A stretch of 64,000 bases of DNA. Origin: a virus. Shown piece by piece: positions 43,155 to 51,461 of this stretch. A program made the translations under genes and the position numbers. Under the pieces are notes generated by a model. It saw only the letters and a program-made list of their open reading frames with translations, made no database searches and was not told the origin of the DNA. Location: positions 1-64,000 of IMG/VR virus record IMGVR_UViG_3300028590_000015; one strand, 5' to 3'. Within the stretch, counting starts at the first letter, position 1. Each line of letters starts with the position of its first letter.

Positions 43155-43465
43155 ACATCGCCCTGGACTACGACGGCACCTACACCGCCGACCCGGCGCT
43201 CTGGGACACCTTCATCCTCTGTGCCCACAACCGCGGTCACCAGGTGCACATCGTGACCATGCGCCACGAGAGCGAGCCCGTTCGCATCGGCGAGCGGCCG
43301 GCGCGCATCCATTACACGGATCGCAAGGCCAAGCGCCCGTTCATGCAGGCCCTCGGCGTCCCGGTGCAGATCTGGATCGATGACATGCCCGATTTCATCG
43401 TCGGCTCGGCCGCTCCTCGCGACCTGCGCGAGAACGCCGTGGTCGGTCTCTGGAGTGAACCATGA
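43151..43465 (+). CDS. Small protein with HAD-like DxDGT motif (104 aa)
   Basis: MNIALDYDGTYT; ATGA-coupled. Confidence 0.45.
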   Translation: MNIALDYDGTYTADPALWDTFILCAHNRGHQVHIVTMRHESEPVRIGERPARIHYTDRKAKRPFMQALGVPVQIWIDDMPDFIVGSAAPRDLRENAVVGLWSEP

Positions 43466-43830
43466 ATCCGATCATGGTCGCCCTGGGCGTGCTCCTGGCC
43501 ACCAGCGTGGCTGGCAATGCGCTGCTGTTCGATGCGCTTGGTGATGCGCGAGACCGCGCAACGCGTGCAGACGCCGGCCGGCGAACCGCCGTCGGTGCGG
43601 CCCAGACCTGCAGCAACTACGTCGGCAAGCTGAGCTTGGACGCGAAAAAGCGTGTCGAAGACGCGAAACCACTGATTGAGGCCTCTGCGGTCGCCGCGAA
43701 AGCCGCCAATGCCCGAGCCGACGGCGAGGTGATGCGCACGCCGGCCGTGCCCGGAAACGCCTGCGCCAGCGCCGAGGCGGAGAACAGGGAGTGGCTGCAG
43801 AAGCGAATGGAGGCCCGCCATGGACGGTAA
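43462..43830 (+). CDS. i-spanin (Rz-like) candidate
   Basis: N-terminal TM (IMVALGVLLATSVAG) then periplasmic charged coiled-coil region. Confidence 0.55.
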   Translation: MNPIMVALGVLLATSVAGNALLFDALGDARDRATRADAGRRTAVGAAQTCSNYVGKLSLDAKKRVEDAKPLIEASAVAAKAANARADGEVMRTPAVPGNACASAEAENREWLQKRMEARHGR

Positions 43831-44173
43831 GTGGGGTTCTTGGCGGATGCTTCCGCTGGCCATCGTTGCGCTCTTCGCGCTGTATTGGCGGTACATCGTT
43901 GCGGTCGCGGCTGTTGTGCTGCTGGTGGTGTCGCTCGCGGGCTGCGAAACCATTCCGGAGATCGTGGAGGTGCGCGTTCCCATCGCTGTGCGGTGCGAGG
44001 TTGCGATGCCTGTGCGCCCCCGCATGGACACCGAACACCTGCCCCTCGATGCAAAGGTAGATGTGCAGTCCCGCGCCATGCGGGCCGAGATCGAGCGTCG
44101 GGAGGGCTACGAGGGCGAGCTTCGCACCGCGCTCGACGTGTGCACGGCCCCCTCATCCCCCCTGGAGCACTGA
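43820..44173 (+). CDS. o-spanin (Rz1-like) lipoprotein candidate, start overlaps i-spanin gene
   Basis: Signal peptide with lipobox LAGC (VVSLAGCET); Pro-rich. Confidence 0.5.
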   Translation: MDGKWGSWRMLPLAIVALFALYWRYIVAVAAVVLLVVSLAGCETIPEIVEVRVPIAVRCEVAMPVRPRMDTEHLPLDAKVDVQSRAMRAEIERREGYEGELRTALDVCTAPSSPLEH

Positions 44174-44174
44174 C

Positions 44175-45050
44175 ATGGGTCAAAAATTCACCAACAACGC
44201 CCGATCGCGCCTTGTGGGCGCGCTGAGTGGTTCGGCCACGAGTTTTACGGTCGAGGCCTCTACCGCCGACCTTTTCCCGATCGCCAACACCCCGAACTGG
44301 CTTGCGTCGGTTGACTGGTTCAAGGCCACGATCGAGAACAGCTTGGGTCAGGTTGAAATCGTGAAGGTAGGGGTGCGCAGCCTTGGCAGTGGCGTGTTCT
44401 CGAACGTCCTCCGCGCTCAGGACGGCACCAGCGCGATCGCTTTCGACGCCGGGTCGGTGGTCGGACTGCGCTTCACCTCGGCGGATCTGCAGTCCATTTT
44501 CGATTCGTTCGAGACCATGGTGCAGATCACCGGCGACCAGAGCATCAACGGGGTCAAGACCTTCCTGCAAAAGGTCGTGGGCGACCTGCAGGGTAAAGCC
44601 GACACGGCCGGGCACGCCGATACCGCGGATGCATCAGAGGCAGCGGAAACGGCTGAAACGGTGACGGGCACGGTTGCCGATGGCGCCGTGGCCACGACCC
44701 AGGCCGCCAAGGACGCCACGCACAAGGTGGCCACCAATGCCTTCGTGGACCGCATGCGCTCGATGCACGCGAGCACGAACGCGGCCACCTTGGTGATTTC
44801 TGATCGCGGCTCGGTGGTGCGCCGTGCCGCCGCCACCACGGTACCGGCGGGCGTGTTTGCCCAGGATGACGTGGTCACGATCAAGAACACGAGCGGGACG
44901 CCGTTCAACGTGATCGCCGGCGCGGGGATGACCCTGATTCGCGCGGGCACCACGACCATCGGCTCTTTTTCGCTTGGGGCCAACGGCCTCGTGACGATCC
45001 TGTTTGACAGCGCGGGCCAGGCCACCTACAGCGGGGCCGGGGTTTCCTGA
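44175..45050 (+). CDS. Tail-fibre-like protein
   Basis: 291 aa; ...ITGDQSINGVKTF (G-x-KTF tail-fibre motif); Thr/Ala/Gly-rich. Confidence 0.6.
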   Translation: MGQKFTNNARSRLVGALSGSATSFTVEASTADLFPIANTPNWLASVDWFKATIENSLGQVEIVKVGVRSLGSGVFSNVLRAQDGTSAIAFDAGSVVGLRFTSADLQSIFDSFETMVQITGDQSINGVKTFLQKVVGDLQGKADTAGHADTADASEAAETAETVTGTVADGAVATTQAAKDATHKVATNAFVDRMRSMHASTNAATLVISDRGSVVRRAAATTVPAGVFAQDDVVTIKNTSGTPFNVIAGAGMTLIRAGTTTIGSFSLGANGLVTILFDSAGQATYSGAGVS

Positions 45051-45904
45051 TGGCCGGCATTCATGCCATGTTGCTGGGCACTGGAGACATCTTTGTCTTC
45101 AAGCACTACATCGCGGCCCACCTCACCAACTACAACGTGCGGGACTACGCGACAGCGGCCGGGTGGAACGGTGTGCGCCCGCTGTTTGCCGACATCGAGA
45201 TCGCTCCCGGCTACTACCTGAGCGCGAGCGACCCCAGTGTCTACGCCTTCCACACGAGCAACGGCTACCCGCCGGGATCAATCATCCGATTGAAGAATCG
45301 CGGCTTCATCATCGGCGCCGGCGGCTATGGCGGCCGTGGATCTGCAAACCAAAGCGGAGCGGGATGGGGAGGCGGCGGTGGCGGCCCGGCTCTTGGCGCG
45401 GGCTGGTACATCACCATCGACAACACCGGCGGAACCATCGGCGGCGGTGGTGGCGGCGGTGGCGGTGGCCAGGGCGTCTCCGTCCAATTCCCGATCGATC
45501 CAAAACTGGGCGGTGGATCTGCAGAGTACCGGGCAGCCGGTGGCGGAGGTGGCGGCGGGCGATCGAACCTGGCCATGAACACGGCGCCAGGCTCCGGTGG
45601 CTGGAGCGCAGGCGCATCAGCTCCTGCCAGCGGCGGCGATGGAGCCACTGGCTACTACACCGGTGCCGGTGGGGGTGGAGGCGGCGGGAATTCGGGTGGC
45701 ATGGCATTCGGCGGCGCCGGCGGAAGCGGCGGCTCCTGGGGCACCAACGGAGGCAATGGCGGCAGCGGAAGCTGGGTTGGTGGAGCGTCCTCCGCCGGCG
45801 GCTATGGCGGGCCCTATGCCGGCGGCCCAGGTGGCCCCGCCGTGCAAGGCAATTCCCTCATCACATGGGTTGCCGCTGGCACCCGACTCGGAGCACTCCT
45901 ATGA
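45050..45904 (+). CDS. Glycine-rich protein (poly-Gly tracts)
   Basis: Runs of up to 10 Gly (GGGGGGGGGQG; GGGGGGG) interspersed with YTGAGGGGGGG units; ATGA-coupled to the fibre-like gene. Confidence 0.6.
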   Translation: MAGIHAMLLGTGDIFVFKHYIAAHLTNYNVRDYATAAGWNGVRPLFADIEIAPGYYLSASDPSVYAFHTSNGYPPGSIIRLKNRGFIIGAGGYGGRGSANQSGAGWGGGGGGPALGAGWYITIDNTGGTIGGGGGGGGGGQGVSVQFPIDPKLGGGSAEYRAAGGGGGGGRSNLAMNTAPGSGGWSAGASAPASGGDGATGYYTGAGGGGGGGNSGGMAFGGAGGSGGSWGTNGGNGGSGSWVGGASSAGGYGGPYAGGPGGPAVQGNSLITWVAAGTRLGALL

Positions 45905-46206
45905 AGAATTTCACCTTCGTCATCACCCGCGTGGACGAGGCCGCGCGCTGCATGGACGTTGTCTATACGGCTGATGGCTACGAGGCTGTGCCGGTGGGCG
46001 TGCGTGCACCCGTTGAGGGCGAAGACCTCAACGAGGTTATCGCTCGCGCAGCTCCGTTCTTTGTCTGGGACGAAATCGACCGCGCACGCGCCCCGCTGGT
46101 GCTCCCAGAGGTGGGCACCACTGGACGGATCGAGGCTCCGCCCCCGCAAGAGGTAGTGCGTGCGGAACCTCCGCCGGAAATCATCATGCGCCGGGTGACC
46201 CTGTGA
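45901..46206 (+). CDS. Hypothetical protein (101 aa)
   Basis: ATGA-coupled. Confidence 0.5.
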   Translation: MKNFTFVITRVDEAARCMDVVYTADGYEAVPVGVRAPVEGEDLNEVIARAAPFFVWDEIDRARAPLVLPEVGTTGRIEAPPPQEVVRAEPPPEIIMRRVTL

Positions 46207-46721
46207 CCGACTTCGTAAACACCAAGGCCAAGGCCTTCGGGTGGGTCATCCACCGCAAGCTGATCGCGCCTGGCGAGACCTACCGCGCGAGCGTGCTCGA
46301 AGACACGCTGCCCAAGGACAGCGAGAACATCACTCTCTGGACCAAGGGACATCTGGTGGGCACGCGTGAGGACGGCTACATCCCCCCACCTCGGCGCGCA
46401 GGCGATTTCAGCCTGGAGCGCCAGATGATGCCCAAGGGCGTCTACACGTTCACCGCCCTGGAAGCGAGCGAGTGGTGGTGCATCAACTGGCGCGCGAACC
46501 GTCACGCACTGCCCGCGGTGTTGCCGCTGCGCCTGGCGGCCGGGGAACAGCGGGCGCTGCGCGCCAGCACCCTGCTGCTCGTGTGCTCTGGCGCCCTTGA
46601 AACGCAGTCGGGGGAGCTTGGTCCAGGCACAGAGGTCGTGGTGGGCGCGGCTGGCGCGACTGTGCGCGCATCGCGCGCTGGTCCTGTTTTTGGCCTGTTT
46701 TTCGAGAAGGAGCGATCATGA
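46203..46721 (+). CDS. Hypothetical protein (172 aa, GTG start)
   Basis: GTGA coupling. Confidence 0.5.
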   Translation: MTDFVNTKAKAFGWVIHRKLIAPGETYRASVLEDTLPKDSENITLWTKGHLVGTREDGYIPPPRRAGDFSLERQMMPKGVYTFTALEASEWWCINWRANRHALPAVLPLRLAAGEQRALRASTLLLVCSGALETQSGELGPGTEVVVGAAGATVRASRAGPVFGLFFEKERS

Positions 46722-47437
46722 GGCACGCCGCCTGGATGTCCACCTGCGCCTACTACGTGGGCCTGCTGTTCCTGTTCACGATGCCACTGCGTGACCCTGG
46801 CTGGGTGTCCTGGCTCCCAGTGCTGCTGGCGATTCAGATCGTTGGAGGCCTCACGATCAGCGTGGGCTACCACCGCCTGTTCTGCCATCAGGCTTTTCAG
46901 GCCGCGCGCCCTTGGCACTGGCTGTTTGCGTTCCTGGGTATCTACTACTGGTACGGGTCGCCCTCACAGTGGAGGCCCACCCACACCGCGCACCACGTGC
47001 ACAGTGACACCCCCCTGGACCCACACCCATCCGGCCCCCGCGCGCTGCTGACGAAGGCCTACAACGACGTGCCATTGGACGTGTGGTGCCTGCGGCGCCT
47101 CTGGCGAACTGACCCCACGCTGCATGCGTTGGTGGACCTGTTGTATGTGCCCATCGCCCTCCTGATGATCGCGGTGATGGCCTGGATCTCACCCACGTTC
47201 CTGACCATGGCTTACCTGCCCGCGCTGGGTGTGGCGCATCTGGTCGGCGCCATCCACAACACGTTCAGCCACTGGCCCAACGGACCGCGCGACATCTGGT
47301 GGATGGAATTGATTGCGCCGGCCGGCGGTGAGTGGCTGCATGCCACGCACCACGCCAATCCTGGTCGCGTGAGTTTCCGAACGCGCTGGTACCACATTGA
47401 CCCGGGCGCCGCGCTCATCCGTTTGATTCGTTCTTGA
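46718..47437 (+). CDS. Membrane fatty-acid desaturase (stearoyl-CoA/acyl-lipid delta-9 type, three His boxes)
   Basis: GYHRLFCH (box 1), HTAHHVHSDTPLDPH (box 2; cf. SCD HRxHHxxSDTDxDPH), HATHHANP (box 3); four hydrophobic segments. Confidence 0.8.
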   Translation: MRHAAWMSTCAYYVGLLFLFTMPLRDPGWVSWLPVLLAIQIVGGLTISVGYHRLFCHQAFQAARPWHWLFAFLGIYYWYGSPSQWRPTHTAHHVHSDTPLDPHPSGPRALLTKAYNDVPLDVWCLRRLWRTDPTLHALVDLLYVPIALLMIAVMAWISPTFLTMAYLPALGVAHLVGAIHNTFSHWPNGPRDIWWMELIAPAGGEWLHATHHANPGRVSFRTRWYHIDPGAALIRLIRS

Positions 47438-47491
47438 ACAGGGAAATGGCAGCGGCCCTGACTCTCTCGCTGCCGAAATTGGAGAAAACTC

Positions 47492-47734
47492 ATGAAGATC
47501 GTTGCAACCGACAAGCGCCTGCGCGTGGACTTCAAGGTCAAGGGCAAGCAGTACGACCCGTCCGCCGCGTCCGAAGGCCAGCCCGGCACGAACAACGCGA
47601 CCTACTCGACCTATCCCTTCGACTCCGTCGACGTGGAGATCGGCAAGGAATTCGACCAGTCCGGCGTCGATGTGGTCCGCATCGTCGAATACACCGAACA
47701 CGCCGAGCAGAGCACCTTCCCCACCGGCGAGTAA
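47492..47734 (+). CDS. Hypothetical small protein (80 aa)
   Basis: GGAGAA SD. Confidence 0.5.
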   Translation: MKIVATDKRLRVDFKVKGKQYDPSAASEGQPGTNNATYSTYPFDSVDVEIGKEFDQSGVDVVRIVEYTEHAEQSTFPTGE

Positions 47735-47765
47735 CCCGCGCCACCAGACCTCCAGGGAGTAGCCC

Positions 47766-49790
47766 ATGACCGTTCTGGCCATCAAGGGATTCCGTGGCGC
47801 TGTGCCTCGGTACAGCTCACGCCTGCTGCAGCCCAACCAGGCGCAGCGGGCCTGGAACTGTCGCATCACATCCGGGCGCCTGGACCCGATCAAGGGTCCG
47901 GGCCTCGTCTTTTCTTCCACATTGGCGTCGGACATCCGCACCATGTATCGCTACCGCCACTTCGTTGGTGGAGCGCCGCTGGACAACTGGCTGATCTGGG
48001 CCTCCGATGTGGACGTGCAGCTTTCGCCGCTCGCCAACGACGAGCGAGGCGTTTTCTATTTCACATCCGAGACCTTCGAGCCTCGGGTGTCCTCCTACGC
48101 GCACGCGATCGCGGGCGCTGTCTATCCGAACGCATGGTTTGCGCTCGGGGTTCCCAGCCCGACGGTCGCACCAACTGTGACGCCGTCTGGAGGCACTGCC
48201 GCCGACGAGGAGCGCTCCTACGCCATCACCTTCGCTACTGCCTGGGGCGAAGAGTCGGGGCCGAGCCCGGCATCTGCGCTCGCCACCGGGAAGCCCGACG
48301 GCACATGGGCCCTCAGCAACCTGCAGACGGCACCGCCAAACGGCGGCGCCATCGTGGGCGCGGTGGCCGACAGCCCTGTGGATGGCCAGGTCACGGTGGA
48401 GCTGGATACCGTGTTCGGGCTGGCCGCCCACGAGTCCATCACCGTCAGTGGGGTGGGGGGCATGACCAGCCTGAACACTACGCATCGAATTCTGTCGATC
48501 AACGTGGCCACCAAGAAGGTGGTGGTGAAGCTCGATACGGCCCAGACCTACACCAGCGGTGGCGCCTGGGCTCGCGAGAGCCCGTTGAACACCACGGGCA
48601 TGGTGAAGCGGATCTACCGCACGGCTGGCACGAACCCGGCATTCCTGTTCGCGGCTGAGATCCCTGTCGCGGATACGACCTACAACGACACGGTGCCGGG
48701 CACGATGCTGGGTGAGGTGCTGCCCACCCTTCTGACGCTTCCGCCGCCGAAAAACCTCACCTGCCTGACGCGGCTGCCCAATGGGTGCATGGTCGGCCTG
48801 GCTGGCAATGAGCTGTGCCTGAGTGACCCATATCGTCCGTATTCCTGGCCCATCGGCAATCGCTACAGCTTTTCGGGGCGTGGAGTGGCGCTGTGCGTGG
48901 CTGGAACTTCGGTGATCGTGCTCACCGACAGCTACCCCATCCTTTTTACCGGGAGCGACCCCGAGGTTATGAGCCCGAGCACCATGGAGACTTATGCGCC
49001 GTGCGTGTCCAAGCGCGGCTCGGTCAACGTGGGCGGGGGCAGCATCTACCCCAGCTTCGACGGCCTTTGGCTGGCCACTCCGGCCGGTGTGAAGAAGCTG
49101 ACCCAGAACCTCTACCGCGACAAGGAGTGGGGCGAGCTCAACCCCGTCACGTTCGATGCGGCCTTTCACGACGGCCAGTATTACGCTCAGTACAGCGCCA
49201 ACGACGCGCGCGCACGCATCTGGGTGCTTGATGTGTCGGAGCCGGACAGCACGACCGAGATCGATGAGCAGGTTGGCGCGCTCTACCGGAACGAGTACGA
49301 CGGGCTGCTCTACGTCGCCAAGGGCGCCAAGGTGTTCCAGTGGGATGCCGACAACGGCATGCGCTACGAGTCGGACTGGATGAGCAGGGTGAACCAGTTG
49401 GCCAAGCCTACGACGTTCAACTGCGCCCAGGTGTTCGCTGATTTCAGCGACATCGTGCCGATCGACACAGCGCAGCAGGAGGCGAATGCAGCCTTGCAGC
49501 TCACGCCCATGATGGGCGGTGGGCAGATGGCCGGGCTGGAGATCGGGGTCGCCGAGGTCAATGGCTCGCTGCTGACCCCCATCGTGGTGCAGACCCAGCG
49601 CAAGGTGCAGTTCACCCTCTACCTCAAGGACGTGCCGATCTTCACGAAGTCGGTCACCAGCCAGAAGCCGTTTCGGCTGCCCACGGGGTACAAGGCCGAG
49701 CTGTTCGCAGTGCAGTTGTCGGCCTCGGTGCCCACCTACTCGGTGGCGATGGCAACCTCGATGGAGGAACTCAAGCAGGTGGCGCCATGA
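47766..49790 (+). CDS. Large virion structural protein (674 aa)
   Basis: Size, Thr/Ser/Gly-rich beta composition, SD GGGAG. Confidence 0.6.
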   Translation: MTVLAIKGFRGAVPRYSSRLLQPNQAQRAWNCRITSGRLDPIKGPGLVFSSTLASDIRTMYRYRHFVGGAPLDNWLIWASDVDVQLSPLANDERGVFYFTSETFEPRVSSYAHAIAGAVYPNAWFALGVPSPTVAPTVTPSGGTAADEERSYAITFATAWGEESGPSPASALATGKPDGTWALSNLQTAPPNGGAIVGAVADSPVDGQVTVELDTVFGLAAHESITVSGVGGMTSLNTTHRILSINVATKKVVVKLDTAQTYTSGGAWARESPLNTTGMVKRIYRTAGTNPAFLFAAEIPVADTTYNDTVPGTMLGEVLPTLLTLPPPKNLTCLTRLPNGCMVGLAGNELCLSDPYRPYSWPIGNRYSFSGRGVALCVAGTSVIVLTDSYPILFTGSDPEVMSPSTMETYAPCVSKRGSVNVGGGSIYPSFDGLWLATPAGVKKLTQNLYRDKEWGELNPVTFDAAFHDGQYYAQYSANDARARIWVLDVSEPDSTTEIDEQVGALYRNEYDGLLYVAKGAKVFQWDADNGMRYESDWMSRVNQLAKPTTFNCAQVFADFSDIVPIDTAQQEANAALQLTPMMGGGQMAGLEIGVAEVNGSLLTPIVVQTQRKVQFTLYLKDVPIFTKSVTSQKPFRLPTGYKAELFAVQLSASVPTYSVAMATSMEELKQVAP

Positions 49791-49978
49791 AACCAGCCCT
49801 GGAACATCCGAAAACTGGCGCCGTGGCCCTCGATCGTTTTTGCTCGAACGTGAAGCAGATCCTTGACGACATCACCGGCCAGTCTCGGAAACTCAAGCGG
49901 TTGCAGCCGCTTCCCGCCGATGCGACCTTGCCGCAGGTGATCGAGCGGTTGAACGAGGTGCTGTCCCGGCTGCAGTAG
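49787..49978 (+). CDS. Hypothetical small protein (63 aa)
   Basis: ATGA-coupled. Confidence 0.45.
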   Translation: MKPALEHPKTGAVALDRFCSNVKQILDDITGQSRKLKRLQPLPADATLPQVIERLNEVLSRLQ

Positions 49979-49985
49979 GCCGGGG

Positions 49986-50001
49986 CCGTTGACTCCGAGG
50001 G
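49986..50001 (+). promoter_or_regulatory. Conserved late-region 16-mer CCGTTGACTCCGAGGG (copy 3)
   Basis: Followed by two hairpins (CTTCCGGGGC..GCCCGAAGG; GGCCCAC-G-GTGGGCC) then the GTG of the 50055 gene. Confidence 0.55.
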
Positions 50002-50054
50002 CTTCCGGGGCAAAGTTGCCCGAAGGCCCACGGTGGGCCTCTTCGAGGGCCGCT

Positions 50055-50654
50055 GTGACCGTTTCCGCTATTCGTCAGGCACTGGTCGAGCACCTTGGGA
50101 AGGTGCTCACGCCGGACATCGCCATGGCTCTGGAAATGGCTGCTGTGGCCCCGGAAGACCGAAGCATCGACCCCCGCAGTTTCGGTCAACACCAGCATGG
50201 GGACTACACGATCGCCGCGGAGCGCTTCGCAAGCATCGTGGACGAGCTGCACCCGCTGCACGAGGTCCACTGGCTTGAAACCGAGCATTACCGACACGGC
50301 CTTGCGCTGCGGCCGGACTATGCCGGGATGGCCGCCCTGGAGCGCAACGGCCGCGCCATCCAGTTCACTGTGCGCCACGCTGGCCAGCTCGTTGGGAACC
50401 TGCGCGTCTACCTGGGCACGAGCTTGCACACGCAGACCCCCTATGCGAGCGAAGACACCTTGTTTCTGCTGCCCGAGCACCGGGGCGGTTTCCTCGTGCT
50501 CGCGCTCATCAAGTTTGCCGAGGACGCCTTGCGCGCCATCGGGATCGACGAGTTCCGCGTGAACAGCAAGTTGGTCAACAACGCCGACGTGCTCATGCGC
50601 CGGCGCCGCTACACCCCTGCGGCGCTTCAGTTCGTCAAATTCTTCCAGGAGTGA
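50055..50654 (+). CDS. GNAT-fold acetyltransferase-like protein (tentative; start uncertain)
   Basis: LFLLPEHRGGFLVLALIKFAEDALRAIGIDEF resembles GNAT motif A. Confidence 0.45.
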   Translation: MTVSAIRQALVEHLGKVLTPDIAMALEMAAVAPEDRSIDPRSFGQHQHGDYTIAAERFASIVDELHPLHEVHWLETEHYRHGLALRPDYAGMAALERNGRAIQFTVRHAGQLVGNLRVYLGTSLHTQTPYASEDTLFLLPEHRGGFLVLALIKFAEDALRAIGIDEFRVNSKLVNNADVLMRRRRYTPAALQFVKFFQE

Positions 50655-50658
50655 AGCC

Positions 50659-51450
50659 ATGTGCTCCGACGCACCAGACCAGAGCGGCGTGAACGCCGCA
50701 GCCATCGCGAACGCGGAGATCTCAAAGGAGGCGCTTGACTTCTACAAGCAGGTGTACGCGGAGCAAGCGCCAGCCCGAGCGGAAGCTGCCGCCGTGGCCA
50801 AAGAAGTCTCGCAGCGCCAGTTGGAGAGTTCCAAGCTCAACGACGAGATCAGCAAGGACTACTGGGACTACCAGAAAAACACGTTCCGGCCACTGGAAGA
50901 AGGCATCGTGGCGGAGGCTCAGGCCTATGACACGGCGGAGCGGCGCGAGGCCGAAGCGGGCACTGCAGTGGCCGATGTTGGAATGCAGGCCCAGGTGGCG
51001 CGCGATGCTCAGACTCGGCAACAGCAGCGCATGGGCGTGAATCCGAACAGCGGGGCTGCGGTCTCAATGCAGAACGTCTTGAGCATTGGAGACGCGGCTG
51101 CCAAGGCGGGAGCCGCTGGTGCAGCGCGCAAGAACGTGGAAACGGTTGGTCGTGCGATGAAGATGGACGCGGCCAGCCTGGGCCGCAATCTCGCATCGAG
51201 CCAAGCCACCAGCGCCAGCGTGGCGCTGAGTGCCGGCGACAGAGCGGTAGTCAACGCCAGCGCTCCACAACAACAAGCACAGAGCGCCGCGAGCATGATG
51301 GGGCAGGGGTTTCAAACCAGCATCAACGGCAACTCGTCGGCGGGGCAACTGTTTGGCCAAGCCGCCAATGCCCAGGCAGGCGCGGACGCGGCAAACGGCC
51401 AGGCTCTTGGCGGCTTGGCGGGCGCGGGCATGATGGCCGTGGCCATCTGA
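50659..51450 (+). CDS. Hypothetical virion/internal protein (263 aa), Ala/Gln-rich
   Basis: Low-complexity coiled-coil-like composition. Confidence 0.5.
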   Translation: MCSDAPDQSGVNAAAIANAEISKEALDFYKQVYAEQAPARAEAAAVAKEVSQRQLESSKLNDEISKDYWDYQKNTFRPLEEGIVAEAQAYDTAERREAEAGTAVADVGMQAQVARDAQTRQQQRMGVNPNSGAAVSMQNVLSIGDAAAKAGAAGAARKNVETVGRAMKMDAASLGRNLASSQATSASVALSAGDRAVVNASAPQQQAQSAASMMGQGFQTSINGNSSAGQLFGQAANAQAGADAANGQALGGLAGAGMMAVAI

Positions 51451-51461
51451 TCGGAGCCGCC

